From positions 1,120,001 through 1,184,000 of the forward strand of contig OY970342.1 in the NCBI GenBank assembly GCA_963717505.1: 64,000 nt of DNA, written 5' to 3'. A model generated the notes under the pieces. That model was not told the DNA's origin, searched no databases, and was given only the letters and a program-made list of their open reading frames with translations. The stretch's first letter is position 1. The number at the start of each line of letters is the position of its first letter. Positions 27,497 to 40,632 of the stretch are shown piece after piece. This DNA comes from Candidatus Eiseniibacteriota bacterium (lineage in GTDB: Bacteria; Eisenbacteria; RBG-16-71-46). Both the position numbers and the translations under genes were made by a program.

Positions 27497-28717
27497 ATGT
27501 CTAATCCCCGTTCACGACCGTCCGCCCGCTCCATATCCCGCCGTTCGCGGCGCGCCTGGGCCGTGGCCTGCGCGTTGGCCGCGCTCGCGGTTCATCCGGG
27601 CCGACCCGAGGCGGCGGACAACCTCCTTCGAAATCCGGGCTTCGAAGCCGAACTCGAAGGGCACGCCTGGATGCCGGCCGCCTGGGACACGTCCGACACC
27701 GGGCTGCCCACCGCTTTCTTCGGCCGCGACACGCTGATCGCGCGCGAGGGCCGCTATTCGGTGAACGTCGCCAACGTCAGCACGTACATCCCGATGGCGT
27801 TCAACTGGAGCCAGCGGGTGTTGGTCAAACCCGAGCATTGGAACCGCGACGCGGTGTTCTCGGTCTGGACCCGCAGCAACGGCGTCGAGGGTCGCGCCTA
27901 CGTCCTGCTCCAGGCCTACCGCGACACGATCTCGCGCATGGCCGCCGAATGGAACGTGTCTCGCGACGAAGCGATGGATCGGCTCCGGATGACGCGGGTC
28001 GACGATCCGATCACCGACTACGGCTGGCGCCGGCAATTCTTCTCGGACAACACCACCGACTGGGTTCGGCGTGAGGTGCGGGTCTTTCTGCACCCCGGCA
28101 CCAATGTGTTATTCGTACGTTGCGGTCTGTTCGGCACCGGGCAGGTGATTCTCGACGACGCTCAACTGGCCGTTGCGCCGGCCGAGCCTCCGCGTGAGCT
28201 GAAGGTCGGCGTCAACCTGCTCGCCGATCCCGGGTTCGAGGGAGACGGCAACGATTGGGAGTATTCGATGCCGCCCTATCGCGGCCTGCGCGTCGAGGCC
28301 GACACGTCCCTGGCGCGCACCGGACGCGCATCGCTGCTGATCAGCGGCACCTCGGGAATGATGCCGGCGCGCTCTGGGGTCGGCCAGGTGATCGGCGACC
28401 GTTCGATCGCCGGCAAGCGCATTCGCGTCTCGGCGTGGGGCCGTCCCGACAGTCTCAAGACCAACGCCTCGATCAAGATCTTCTTCAATACACCGCGCGG
28501 CGTGGAAGCCGCATTGATCGGGCCACCGCTTCACGAGACCAGCCCCTGGTCGCAGCTCAAGGACGATCTCGACGTCCCCGCCGACGCGTTGGCGGTCTGG
28601 GTGTGGTTCTCGATCGACACGCCGACCGAGGGCCGCATTCATTGGGACGACACCTCGGTCCAGGTGCTTGGCCCCGCCGCAAGCACCTCTCCGACCGGAA
28701 GTTCCGGATCACGCTGA
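27497..28717 (+). CDS. secreted protein with two CBM4/9-like beta-sandwich domains
   Basis: Signal peptide; NLLRNPGFE and NLLADPGFE starts, each domain ending in (L/W)DD. Confidence 0.75.
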   Translation: MSNPRSRPSARSISRRSRRAWAVACALAALAVHPGRPEAADNLLRNPGFEAELEGHAWMPAAWDTSDTGLPTAFFGRDTLIAREGRYSVNVANVSTYIPMAFNWSQRVLVKPEHWNRDAVFSVWTRSNGVEGRAYVLLQAYRDTISRMAAEWNVSRDEAMDRLRMTRVDDPITDYGWRRQFFSDNTTDWVRREVRVFLHPGTNVLFVRCGLFGTGQVILDDAQLAVAPAEPPRELKVGVNLLADPGFEGDGNDWEYSMPPYRGLRVEADTSLARTGRASLLISGTSGMMPARSGVGQVIGDRSIAGKRIRVSAWGRPDSLKTNASIKIFFNTPRGVEAALIGPPLHETSPWSQLKDDLDVPADALAVWVWFSIDTPTEGRIHWDDTSVQVLGPAASTSPTGSSGSR

Positions 28718-28779
28718 CTCACCGATCTGGTCGCGGACAATCGTCTTGACTTCAGTGAATGCCGGGACCAGACTATGCG

Positions 28780-29040
28780 CTGCAGCTGGGCAGAAAGAAC
28801 TCCTTGGCAGGGAGCTTTCGATCCGGACCCGAGGCGGCGCTTCGCTGCGCGCTCCTGCTGGCTCCGGGGACTGCGGCGATCTCGAGCGAGGTAAGCCGGC
28901 CCCGAAGTGGCTTCACGGGAACGGAGCTGCAGGACACGTGGATCACCCGCCCGCGGTGGTGCCCTCACGCGTGACCAAGGGACGGACCCCTCCCTCCCTT
29001 AGAAGACGAATCACGAGCCGCGCCCCAGGCTGCTCGTGCA
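28780..29040 (+). ncRNA. candidate stand-alone structured sRNA (~260 nt), family unassigned
   Basis: TTGACT-17-CAGACT promoter; closing stem CTGCAGCT/AGCTGCAG; several hairpins; no credible ORF; downstream gene is convergent. Confidence 0.5.
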
Positions 29041-29049
29041 TGCTCAGCT

Positions 29050-29961
29050 TCAGCCGCGCGGCCGATGGCCCGCCAACTCCAACGCCAGCTCGCACGTCCT
29101 GACGTGGATCGCGATCGTGTCGTCGCGATCTCGTGCGTAGCCCCCGCCGAGCGTCACTGCGACCGGAATGCCGCGTTGCGTGCACCCCGCGAGCACCTGG
29201 CGATCCCGCGCCTCGAGGCCCTCGCGGGTCAGCGCCAGCCCGCCGAGCAGATCCTCGCGATACGGGTCGGCGCCCGCCTGGTAGAGCACGATTTCCGGTG
29301 CGAATCTCCAGACGTGTTCGAGTGCGTCCGACAGCCGCTCGAGGTATTCCTCGTCGCTGGTGCCGTCGGCGAGCCCGACGTCGAGGTTGCTTCGCTCCTT
29401 GGGGACTGGATAATTCGTCTCCTGATGCATCGAGAACGTGAACACCCGCCCATCTGTCGCGAAGATCGCCGCGGTGCCGTTGCCCTGGTGCACGTCACAG
29501 TCCACGACCGCGGCGCGCTCAACGACCCGGTCGCGCTGCAGCACACGAATGGCGACCGCCAGGTCGTTCAGGTAGCAGAACCCCTCGGCATGGTCGGCGT
29601 ACGCGTGGTGAAAGCCGCCCCCGAGGTGCACCCCGACCCCGGTTGCGCACGCGCCGCGGGCGGCCAGCGTCGTGCCTCCGGCGGCGAGCAGGTACGCGCG
29701 CACGATGGCGTGGTCGAGCGGCAGCTCCGACATCTGCGTGCGGCGCGTCCAGCGCAGCGCCGCGAGGTCGTCGAGGAATTCCGGGGTGTGGGCGAGCAGG
29801 AGATCCTCGCGCGACGCCGGCTGCGGCTCGACCACGCTGGCCTCGGTGACCCAGCCCGAGGCGACCAGGGCGTCTCGCACGCGACGGAACTTCTCCACCG
29901 GGAAGACATGGGGGCCGATGTCGCATTCGTAGCCCGGGCTGTAGACAACGGTCGCCGCCAT
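29050..29961 (-). CDS. histone deacetylase family protein
   Basis: GGFHHA, GFCYLND, DCDVHQGNGT, QAGAD, GGGY. Confidence 0.96.
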   Translation of the reverse strand: MAATVVYSPGYECDIGPHVFPVEKFRRVRDALVASGWVTEASVVEPQPASREDLLLAHTPEFLDDLAALRWTRRTQMSELPLDHAIVRAYLLAAGGTTLAARGACATGVGVHLGGGFHHAYADHAEGFCYLNDLAVAIRVLQRDRVVERAAVVDCDVHQGNGTAAIFATDGRVFTFSMHQETNYPVPKERSNLDVGLADGTSDEEYLERLSDALEHVWRFAPEIVLYQAGADPYREDLLGGLALTREGLEARDRQVLAGCTQRGIPVAVTLGGGYARDRDDTIAIHVRTCELALELAGHRPRG

Positions 29962-29987
29962 GAGAGACGAGAGCGTGCCACCTTACC

Positions 29988-31283
29988 GTGGGCGCCCGCA
30001 AAGCGCCTACCGGCTCTTGGAGCGCCGAGGTGACGGTGGGCGCGGCGTTCGCTCGGCTCCAGCGCGCGCTGCTCGGCCGCCTCGCATCGAGAATCGAGCC
30101 CCGCCTGCGCGTGGAACTGCTACTGCTCCTGCTCCTGACCTGGGGGTTCACGTTCTGGCGCGCGCGTATTCCGTTTCATTCGCTGGCGCACGCCGGAGGC
30201 TGGAGTTCGGCGGCGTGGGCGCTGGCGGGGTCACTCGCGTTCCTGGCGATGGTCGGCGGCGCCGCCGTGGCGTTCCATCACGACCGCCAGCTGCGCGTGC
30301 GCCCGAGCGGTCCCGCGTGGCTCGCTCTGCCGCTGCCGGCCGATGCGATTCTCGATCACGCGGCGTGGCGGGCGCGGCTGCGCGGAGCCTGGGCGGCCGC
30401 GATCGCGCCCGGAGTGTTGGCGGCGGCGTTCGGCCTGGTGCCGTGGTGGGCGATCCTGGCGCTCACCGCGGCGTTCGCAGCGACGCTGGTCGGGGCGTGT
30501 CGGCTCGCGACGCAATGGATTCAACACCGCGCGCGGGCTCGGGCCGCGCGCCCACTTCCTTCCGATCCGAACGGCGCAGGACCTTTGTCGGCGATCGACC
30601 CGGCGTGGCGGCTGTTGACCACGGTGACGCGCCCGCGGGTCACGACGCGCTTCGCGCCACCCGCCTGGCGGCGACGACCGGCTGCGCTGGCACTCGGCGC
30701 CAAGGATCTGCGACTGACGCGCCGGCCAACGCCGGCGCGCGCGCGCATGTTCCTGCCGCTGCTCCTGGCGTTCCTGTCGGCTGCGATCTGGGGGATCGCC
30801 GGCACACAATCCGAGATTCCCTCCGAGCTGATTCGATTCGTGGCATTCGGATTGGCGCTCACGGCGGCCGCCGCTGCGGCCGAGTGGTTGATCGCGCTGG
30901 CGTCGAGCGATCCCCCGGCGATCCTGCGCGTCCTCCCGCTCGGTGCCGGCGATGTCTGGCTCGGTCGCGTCGTGTTGCTGGCGACCTTCGTCGCACTGCT
31001 GGTCGCCGCGCAGGCGATTGCGGCGCGACCCCTCGCGGGCCCGGCGCTCCAGATGCACCTGGTGTGGCTCGGCGCCGCGGCACTCGCGGTCGGGCTACTC
31101 GGGATCCACTACAGCCTGACGCTGCCCGCGACCGTCGCGGCGCGCGTGCTGGTGCTGACACTTTCGATCGCGATCGCGGCGAGCATCATGATTCCGCTGG
31201 TCGGCTGGATCCTCCTGCTCACCGCGGTGATTCACTCGGCGCGCCGGGTGCCCCGCTGGTCGCGAATCGAGGAAGCGCCGTGA
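29988..31283 (+). CDS. multi-TM putative ABC transporter permease
   Basis: About 10 hydrophobic segments in two blocks; GTGA overlap with an ABC ATPase; start uncertain. Confidence 0.7.
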   Translation: MGARKAPTGSWSAEVTVGAAFARLQRALLGRLASRIEPRLRVELLLLLLLTWGFTFWRARIPFHSLAHAGGWSSAAWALAGSLAFLAMVGGAAVAFHHDRQLRVRPSGPAWLALPLPADAILDHAAWRARLRGAWAAAIAPGVLAAAFGLVPWWAILALTAAFAATLVGACRLATQWIQHRARARAARPLPSDPNGAGPLSAIDPAWRLLTTVTRPRVTTRFAPPAWRRRPAALALGAKDLRLTRRPTPARARMFLPLLLAFLSAAIWGIAGTQSEIPSELIRFVAFGLALTAAAAAAEWLIALASSDPPAILRVLPLGAGDVWLGRVVLLATFVALLVAAQAIAARPLAGPALQMHLVWLGAAALAVGLLGIHYSLTLPATVAARVLVLTLSIAIAASIMIPLVGWILLLTAVIHSARRVPRWSRIEEAP

Positions 31284-32038
31284 CCGCCGCCGAGCACGAC
31301 GCGCCCACGGTCGAACGTCTCGACGTCGCCGGCGTCACCCGCCGCTACGGGACGCGTGTGGCCCTCGATCAGGTGACGCTGTCGGTTCGCGGCGGCGAGA
31401 TCGTCGGTCTCCTGGGCGCCAACGGGGCCGGCAAGAGCACGCTCCTGCGGATCGCCTGCGGTCTGCTGCTCCCCGACGCGGGTGAAATCCGGATCGCAGG
31501 CGCCACTCTGTGGCCCGACCCGGTCGTCGCCAAACGCCGGCTCGGTTATGCCGCCGAAGAGCCGGTGTTCTACGACGAGCTCTCCGCGCACGAGTACCTG
31601 ACGTTCGTCGCCGAGGTGCGCGCACTCGATCCGAACACAGCGCGCGAGCGGACCGCGGACCTGGCGCGGCGTCTGGGGCTCGCCGGGCGCATGGACGAAC
31701 CGGTCGGACAGTGGTCCCACGGCATGCGCAAGAAGCTGTCGCTGCTCGCGGCGGTGCTGCATCAACCCGACGTCCTGCTGTGCGATGAAGCGCTCGAGGG
31801 ATTCGACGCCGAGGCGGCCCTGGCGGCCAAAGAAGAACTGCGCGCTCGTGCGCGGGGCGGCGCGGGCGTCCTGTTCTCGAGCCACGTGACGGAAACCATC
31901 GAACGCTTGTGCGACCGGGTGGTCGTGCTGCACCGCGGGTGCGTGGCGCGCGTGCTCGATCGCGAGGACTGGGGAGGCGGGCGTGACCATGTCTCCCCGC
32001 TCGAGCGCGTCTTCCTTGAGGTCGTGCGCGGCGACTAG
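31280..32038 (+). CDS. ABC transporter ATP-binding protein
   Basis: GANGAGKST, WSHGMRKK, LLCDE, SSH. Confidence 0.93.
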   Translation: MTAAEHDAPTVERLDVAGVTRRYGTRVALDQVTLSVRGGEIVGLLGANGAGKSTLLRIACGLLLPDAGEIRIAGATLWPDPVVAKRRLGYAAEEPVFYDELSAHEYLTFVAEVRALDPNTARERTADLARRLGLAGRMDEPVGQWSHGMRKKLSLLAAVLHQPDVLLCDEALEGFDAEAALAAKEELRARARGGAGVLFSSHVTETIERLCDRVVVLHRGCVARVLDREDWGGGRDHVSPLERVFLEVVRGD

Positions 32039-32949
32039 TCGCGTTCGCGCCGGACCGGACGCGATTCGACCAGGAGTACCGCCGCCAGAATCAGCGCGGC
32101 GCCGAGCCACCAGGGTCCCGCGTAGCGCTCGGCGCCCAGGCCGACGGCGAAGAGCAACGCGAACATCGGCTCGAGCGCGAACAGGAGCCCGATGCGCCCG
32201 GGCGGGAGATGCCGCTGGGCGAAGATCTGCAGCCACGGCGCCACCATGCTGCCCGCGACCGCGAGGTAACCGAGCCGCGCGAGGTCGGCGGACCCGAGAC
32301 CGCCGAGGACCGAGAGGTCGCGTACGCCGAGTGGCGCGAGCAGCGCCGCGATGACCGCCGACTGAATGAGGGCGATCGCCAGCGGGTCGGCCGCCGGCGC
32401 GTCGCGCGCGACCGCGACGATCTGCAGCGCGTAGGCCAGCGCGCCGAGCAGGGTCCAGAGTTCACCGGGACCGAGGCCCAGTCCTTGAGCCGGCAACAAC
32501 GCGGAGCCGAATGCCGCCAGTCCGAGTCCCGCGAGCAGGACCGGGCCGGGACGCTGCCCGAGCAACGGCCAGGCGAAGACGCCAGCGAACAGCGTTCCGG
32601 TGCACGTCAGGAATGCGGACGAACCGGCGCTGGTGAATTGGAGTCCAATCGCCTGGAACAGGTAGCCGCCGGCAGCGCACACGCCCCCGAGCACACCCGC
32701 GCGCCACGATGAGCGATCGAACCGCGTGCGGCGCGCGATCGCGACCAGACCGAGCATCAGGGCGGCCGCGGTGAAGCGCGTGAAGACCATGGTCACCGGC
32801 GGAACCGCGATCAGGCTGTCGCGAATGACCACGAAGGTCGCGCCCCAGAGCGCGGTCGCGACCACCATGGCCGCGAGGCCGCGTCGGGCGCCGGTGGGTG
32901 GGTTGCCGCGCGCCAACGAGTCGCGGTTCGCGGACGTCGCGGAGGTCAT
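32035..32949 (-). CDS. EamA/DMT family transporter
   Basis: LWGATFVV, GLQFTSAGSSAF, LEPMFA; 10 TM; start uncertain. Confidence 0.9.
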   Translation of the reverse strand: MTSATSANRDSLARGNPPTGARRGLAAMVVATALWGATFVVIRDSLIAVPPVTMVFTRFTAAALMLGLVAIARRTRFDRSSWRAGVLGGVCAAGGYLFQAIGLQFTSAGSSAFLTCTGTLFAGVFAWPLLGQRPGPVLLAGLGLAAFGSALLPAQGLGLGPGELWTLLGALAYALQIVAVARDAPAADPLAIALIQSAVIAALLAPLGVRDLSVLGGLGSADLARLGYLAVAGSMVAPWLQIFAQRHLPPGRIGLLFALEPMFALLFAVGLGAERYAGPWWLGAALILAAVLLVESRPVRRERD

Positions 32950-32980
32950 GTCTGGCCCGGGCCTGGCCCCGCCGGCCGCG

Positions 32981-33652
32981 TCAGCTCCGCGGACGGCGGC
33001 GACGGCCGCCACGCGCCGGCGCCACGCCGTTCTCGCCTGCAGCCAGCGCGAACGATAGACTCTCGAACTCGAGGGTCATGTCGACGTTGCGCACCGCGAC
33101 GTGGGGCGGTGTGTGCAGCTTGCGCGGCGCGAAGTTCAGGATGCCGCGGATCCCGCTCGCGACCATCGCGTCCGCGACTTCCTGGGCCGCGGCGACCGGG
33201 GTCGCGATCACCGCGATCTCGAGGCGCTCACGCGCGACGACCTCGGCGAGCCGCGCGATGTCCTCGACCAGAATCGACCCCTCCCGCTGCCCGATGCGGG
33301 CCGGATCGCGATCGAGCACCGCGACCACTTCGAAGCCCTGTTCGGCGAATCCCCGATAGGCGATCAGAGCGGATCCGATGTGCCCAGCGCCGGCCACGAC
33401 CACTCGCCAGCGGCGTTCCAGGCCGAGAATCGCGCGGATCTCGGAGCGAAGGTGGGGCACGCTGTAGCCGAGTCCGCGGCGCCCAAAGGATCCGAAGTAC
33501 GAAAGGTCCTTCCGCACCTGCGCCGAAGTCACGCCTTCGCGCTCGGCGAGTCGGTGGGACGACACCACCCGTCCGCCTTCGGCGTCGAGTTCTTCCAACA
33601 CCCGGTAGTAGTGCGACAGGCGGCGGACGGTGGACTCGGAGATTCGGCTCAT
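32981..33652 (-). CDS. rex: redox-sensing transcriptional repressor Rex
   Basis: STVRRLS.Y, AQVRKDLSYFG.FG.RG.GY, GAG.IG.AL, ILNFAP. Confidence 0.97.
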   Translation of the reverse strand: MSRISESTVRRLSHYYRVLEELDAEGGRVVSSHRLAEREGVTSAQVRKDLSYFGSFGRRGLGYSVPHLRSEIRAILGLERRWRVVVAGAGHIGSALIAYRGFAEQGFEVVAVLDRDPARIGQREGSILVEDIARLAEVVARERLEIAVIATPVAAAQEVADAMVASGIRGILNFAPRKLHTPPHVAVRNVDMTLEFESLSFALAAGENGVAPARGGRRRRPRS

Positions 33653-33673
33653 CGGATTCCGGCTGCGTTCTTC

Positions 33674-33691
33674 AGGTGAATTTTTTCACAA
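33674..33691. promoter_or_regulatory. Rex operator upstream of rex
   Basis: AGGTGAA-TTTT-TTCACAA against consensus TTGTGAA-N4-TTCACAA. Confidence 0.85.
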
Positions 33692-33701
33692 GCGGCGGCG
33701 G

Positions 33702-33731
33702 AAAGAAGGGGGCGCCGCGCACGGCGCCCCC
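33702..33731 (-). terminator. gyrA terminator
   Basis: GGGGGCGCCG-TGCG-CGGCGCCCCC then TTCTTT. Confidence 0.8.
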
Positions 33732-33737
33732 GCTCGA

Positions 33738-36269
33738 TCAGACTTCCGCGGCCCCGTTGCCTTCGGTGGCGCCGGGGGCCTCAGCACCCTCCGCGACGGT
33801 TTCCGCGGCACGATCGTCGTCTTCGTTCACCACGCGGGTGACCGCCGCCACCGCATCCGGCAGCAGCTGGCCTTCGGCCGGCGTCAGGTTCACGAGCCGG
33901 ACTCCCTGCGTGTTGCGCCCGATGACCGAGATGCCTTCGACCGGCATGCGGATCATCTGGCCCTGCTTGGTGATGATCATCAGCTCGTCGCCGTCCACCA
34001 CTTCCTTGACGGCCACGACGTTGCCGTTCCGATCCGTGGTCTTGATGGTGATGATGCCCTTGCCGCCGCGGTGGGACAGTCGGTACTCGCTGATCTCGCT
34101 GCGCTTGCCGTAGCCGTGCTCGGTGACGGTCAGGAGGGTCGCCTGGCGCTTCACCGCGACCATGCTCACCACCTCGTCCTCGTCGTCGTCCAGCTTGACG
34201 GCCTTGACGCCGTAGGAAGTACGTCCCATCGCGCGCACCTCGGCCTCGCCGAAGCGGATGGCCAGGCCCTTGCGCTTGGCCAGGATGATGTCCTGCGTGC
34301 CGTCGGTCACCGTACAGTCGAACAACGAGTCCCCTTCCTCGAGCAGGATGGCGTTGATTCCGCCGCGCCGGGGATTCCCGTACGCCGACAGCACCGTCTT
34401 CTTCATCAGGCCCTTGCGCGTCGCGCACACCAGGTAGTGTTTGTCGTCGAACGCCTTGACTCCGACCACCGCCTGCACGCGTTCTTCGCGCGACAACCCT
34501 TCCAGGTGATTGACCAGCGGCCGGCCGCGCGCCGTGCGCCCGGCCTGCTCGATCTCGTGCACCTTGAGCCAATAGCACCGGCCGCGATCGGTCAGGAACA
34601 GCAGGTAGGCGTGCGTGTTCGCGATGAACAGGTGCTCGATGAAGTCCTCTTCCTTGGTCCGCGCGCCGATCACGCCCTTGCCGCCGCGCCGCTGCGACCG
34701 GTAGGCCGAGATCTCCTGCCGTTTGATGTAGCCGGCGTGGGAGATGGTGATCACCATGTCCTTCTGCTCGATGGTGTCCTCGTAGCCGATCTCGCCTTCC
34801 TCGGCCACGATCTCGGTGCGCCGCTCGTCGCCGAACTTTTCTCGAAGTCGCCGCACTTCGTCCTTGATGATCGCGAGGATCTTCTTGGGGTTCGCGAGAA
34901 TGCTGCGCAGCTGCTCGATCAGCTGGATGACTTCGAGGTACTCCTGCTCGATCTTGGAGCGCTCGAGCGCGGTCAGCCGCTGCAGCCGCATCTCGAGGAT
35001 CGCGTTCGCCTGGATCTCGGTGAGCTTGAACGAGGTCATCAGTCCGGTGCGTGCGGTCTCGACATCCTTCGACTTGCGGATCAGCGCGATCACGTCGTCG
35101 AGGTGATCGAGCGCGATCTTGAGACCCTCGAGGATGTGGGCCCGCCGCTCGGCCTCGGCCAGGTCGAACTCGGTGCGCCGGCGCACCACGACCTGTCGAT
35201 GTTCGATGTACTGGTCGATCAGACCGCGCAGATTGAGGACCTGCGGCCGATTCTGCACCAGGCCGAGCATGATCGCGCCGAACGTGACCTGGAGCGGCGA
35301 GTGCACGAACAGCTGGTTGAGCACGACCTTGGGGTTGGCGTCCTTCTTGAGCTCGATGACGATGCGCATGCCGTCGCGGTCGGACTCGTCGCGCAGGTCG
35401 CTGATGCCGCTGACCTTGGCCTCGCGCACCAGGTCGGCGATGCGCTCGAGCAGCGAAGACTTGTTGACCTGGAACGGAATCTCGGTCGCCACCAGGCTCA
35501 TCCGGCCGGCTCGGCCCTCTTCGATCTGAACCTTGGCCCGCACGCGGATCAGGCCGCGTCCGGTGTGGTAGCAGTCCCGCAGGCCCTGCGTGCCGTAGAT
35601 GATCGCCCCGGTCGGGAAGTCCGGACCCTTCACGATCCCGAGCAGGTCGTCGATGGTCGCCTCGGGGTGGTCGATCACGTGGATGATCGCATCGCAGATC
35701 TCGGTCATGTTGTGCGGCGGCATTTCGGTCGCCATGCCGACGGCGATTCCGGAGCAGCCGTTGATCAGCAGGTTGGGAACGACGCTGGGCAGGACCGTGG
35801 GTTCCTCGCGGGTCTCGTCGTAGTTCGGCCGCAGGTCGACGGTGTTCTTCTCGAGGTCCGCCAGCATCTCGACCGCGAGCGCGGTCAGTCGGGCCTCCGT
35901 ATAGCGCATGGCCGCCGGAGCATCGCCGTCGATCGAGCCGAAGTTGCCCTGGCCGTCGACCAGCGGATAACGCATCACCCAGCTCTGCGCGAGCCGCACC
36001 AGCGTCGGATACACGACCTGCTCGCCGTGCGGATGGTAGTTGCCCGAGGTGTCGCCGGCGATCTTCGCGCATTTGCGGAACGGCCGCCCGGGCGTCAGGT
36101 TCAGGTCGTTCATCGCGACCAGGATGCGTCGCTGTGAAGGCTTGAGGCCGTCGCGAACATCCGGCAGAGCGCGCGAAACGATGACCGACATCGAGTAATC
36201 GATGTAGCTGGTCTTCATCTCGTCTTCGATCTGCGTGCCTACGATGCGCGAGCGATCGTTCAAGGACAT
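33738..36269 (-). CDS. gyrA: DNA gyrase subunit A
   Basis: [19 protein letters not shown], GyrA-box QRRGGKG. Confidence 0.99.
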   Translation of the reverse strand: MSLNDRSRIVGTQIEDEMKTSYIDYSMSVIVSRALPDVRDGLKPSQRRILVAMNDLNLTPGRPFRKCAKIAGDTSGNYHPHGEQVVYPTLVRLAQSWVMRYPLVDGQGNFGSIDGDAPAAMRYTEARLTALAVEMLADLEKNTVDLRPNYDETREEPTVLPSVVPNLLINGCSGIAVGMATEMPPHNMTEICDAIIHVIDHPEATIDDLLGIVKGPDFPTGAIIYGTQGLRDCYHTGRGLIRVRAKVQIEEGRAGRMSLVATEIPFQVNKSSLLERIADLVREAKVSGISDLRDESDRDGMRIVIELKKDANPKVVLNQLFVHSPLQVTFGAIMLGLVQNRPQVLNLRGLIDQYIEHRQVVVRRRTEFDLAEAERRAHILEGLKIALDHLDDVIALIRKSKDVETARTGLMTSFKLTEIQANAILEMRLQRLTALERSKIEQEYLEVIQLIEQLRSILANPKKILAIIKDEVRRLREKFGDERRTEIVAEEGEIGYEDTIEQKDMVITISHAGYIKRQEISAYRSQRRGGKGVIGARTKEEDFIEHLFIANTHAYLLFLTDRGRCYWLKVHEIEQAGRTARGRPLVNHLEGLSREERVQAVVGVKAFDDKHYLVCATRKGLMKKTVLSAYGNPRRGGINAILLEEGDSLFDCTVTDGTQDIILAKRKGLAIRFGEAEVRAMGRTSYGVKAVKLDDDEDEVVSMVAVKRQATLLTVTEHGYGKRSEISEYRLSHRGGKGIITIKTTDRNGNVVAVKEVVDGDELMIITKQGQMIRMPVEGISVIGRNTQGVRLVNLTPAEGQLLPDAVAAVTRVVNEDDDRAAETVAEGAEAPGATEGNGAAEV

Positions 36270-36272
36270 GAT

Positions 36273-36886
36273 CTAGTTCCCTTTGGCCGGTGCCGTGGTC
36301 GTCGCGGGAGCCCGGACCCGCGCCGCAGACGCGAACGTCCAGTCGAGCGTGGCGGACCAGTAGTAATCGAGTCGATCGTCGAACACCCGGTGGTAACGGA
36401 AAGACATCCCGACCTCGGCCCCGGGCCCGAGCCGGCGCTGCACGCCGAGCGCGGCGCTGGCGCCGGTGGCGCTGAAGGCCTGCTCGACCACACCGGCCTG
36501 ATCGTCGTGAATCCGGTAGTAGCCCAGCGTCGCGCCGGCGAATCCGTGCCACGGCCCGCGAATCGAGAACGGTGCGTCGGCGCGCCAGGCGCCGCCGAAC
36601 ACCATGCGATGGGCGGTCTCGGTGGCGCCCAGGTCGGTGCCGTCGTTCGGATCCAGCAGGCGGCCGATCTGGGTGCCCTGGTCGTCGGCGAACAGCATCG
36701 GGCCCGCATCCAGCCACGGCTCGACGCGCCACAGCGCGGACAACGATGCCGAGAATCCCGGACCGTCGACGCCCTCGGTCGGGCCGCCGCTACCACCGAC
36801 CCCGAGAACCAACCGGGGCCCGGCGGCCGCCGGTGCGGCGACACAGGCCAGCGTTGCCGCCGCCGCGAGCAGGGCAGGCACCCGCA

Positions 36887-36887
<1 letters not shown>
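36273..36887 (-). CDS. exported protein, probable small outer-membrane beta-barrel
   Basis: ATG overlaps the gyrB TGA; signal peptide MRVPALLAAAATLACVAAPAAA; alternating strand pattern. Confidence 0.72.
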
Positions 36888-39131
<2,244 letters not shown>

Positions 39132-39135
<4 letters not shown>

Positions 39136-40280
39136 CCCGCCGCGTCAGGAAGCCTGAGCGGCATGATCAGGCAGAGAATCCCCTCCTCGGTCTCGGGCAG
39201 CGCACCGGCAGGCTCCACCACGGCCGCCGACAGCGCGGTGTTCAGGCGGAACGTCACCTCTTCGGTCGGGATACCCTTGAGGATGTCGAGCAGATAGCCG
39301 GCATTGTAGCCGATGTCCAGGGATTCCCCGGCATAGCGGGCCGCGATCCGATGCTCGCCCGAGCCCAACTCGGTGGCCGAGGACACCCCCAGCTCGCCGT
39401 TGCGCACGCTGAAGCGAACCTGGCGCGTGACGTTGTCGGCGTGCGAAGCGACGATGTCGACCGCTTCACTCAGGTCGGCGCGCGTGCACGTCAGCTCGCG
39501 AGGGTTGTTCTTGGGCACGACCTGCTCGTAGTTGGGATACGGACCCTCGAGCAAGCGGGTCACGATCTCGACCCGGTATTCGCCGACGCTCATCGAAAAC
39601 GCCGCTTGATTGCGCCCGCCGGCCACCTGGATCTCGACCGGGCTGGTCGCGTCCTGCGCGGCTCGGCTCACCGCGTGCAGCGCCCGCGTCGGGACGATCA
39701 CGCCGTCCTTGCTCAGCGCGGCGAACGAACCGCGACGGATCGCCTGGGCCAGTCGATGGCCGTCGGTGGCGACGAACGTGACCAGCTTCTCGGTGCCCTG
39801 GATCAGGACGCCGTTGAGCTGGGGGCGCGTCTCCTCGGTGGACGCCGCGTAGCCGGAGCGCTCCGCCAGCCGACCAAACACCTGGGCTTCGAGCGTCAGG
39901 CGCGTTTCGGCCTTGAGCTCGGGGACGCGCGGAAAGTCCGAGGGGTCCTGGGTCGGGAAACGCGACCAGCCCTTGCCGTCGCCGTATTTCAGCTCGACCT
40001 GTTGCTGCCGGACCGCGAGCGACAGCGGGCCGCGCGCGATCTTACGCACGACTTCGTTGAAATGCCGCGCGGACACGGCGATCCGACCGGGCGTCGTCAC
40101 CGAACACGGAACCCGCACCGACGTGGTGACGTCGAGATCGGTCCCGGTGATCACCAGAACGCCGTCGCTGGCTTCGAGCAGCAGGCAGCTCAGCAGCGGA
40201 AGCGGGCTGCGCGTCGACACCGAACCAAGGGCTCGTCCGACGCCAAACGCCAGATCGCCCTGGGCGATCGTCAACTCCAT
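39132..40280 (-). CDS. dnaN: DNA polymerase III beta clamp
   Basis: TDLD, RPQLNGV, VATDGHRLA, G.YPNYEQV, LIMPLRL; GGAGG before ATG 40280. Confidence 0.97.
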
Positions 40281-40409
40281 GGGACCGTCCTCCACCGCAG
40301 TGGAACCCACTGCCGGGCCTGAGGTTCCGGGGACAACTGTTGGGGTCTTGGGGGTCATGGCTCGAGTGGTCTGCATGATAGGTTGGGTCCAACCCACCTG
40401 CAAGCACTT

Positions 40410-40632
40410 TCCTTTCTGCTAAGTCATTGTTAGACAATGAGAAAGATAACTAGTAACCGTAGGAGATCGGGATATTGTGAACGATGTTGCTTTGGGCGAC
40501 CCAACTCATTGGACCTCAAACTCTTATCCCAGATCTCCCACCCGTGAACAACTGCCCAGGTTGTTCACGTTTCGACACCGGCGTAGGCAGTCCCACCGAG
40601 ATCTCCCCACGCGTCCACCACTTATCCACAGG
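40410..40632. other. oriC, dnaA-dnaN part
   Basis: Perfect DnaA box TTATCCACA 40622-40630; degenerate boxes at 40476, 40543, 40561; AT-rich NAN-triplet run 40433-40465; IHF-like site 40420-40432. Confidence 0.85.
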
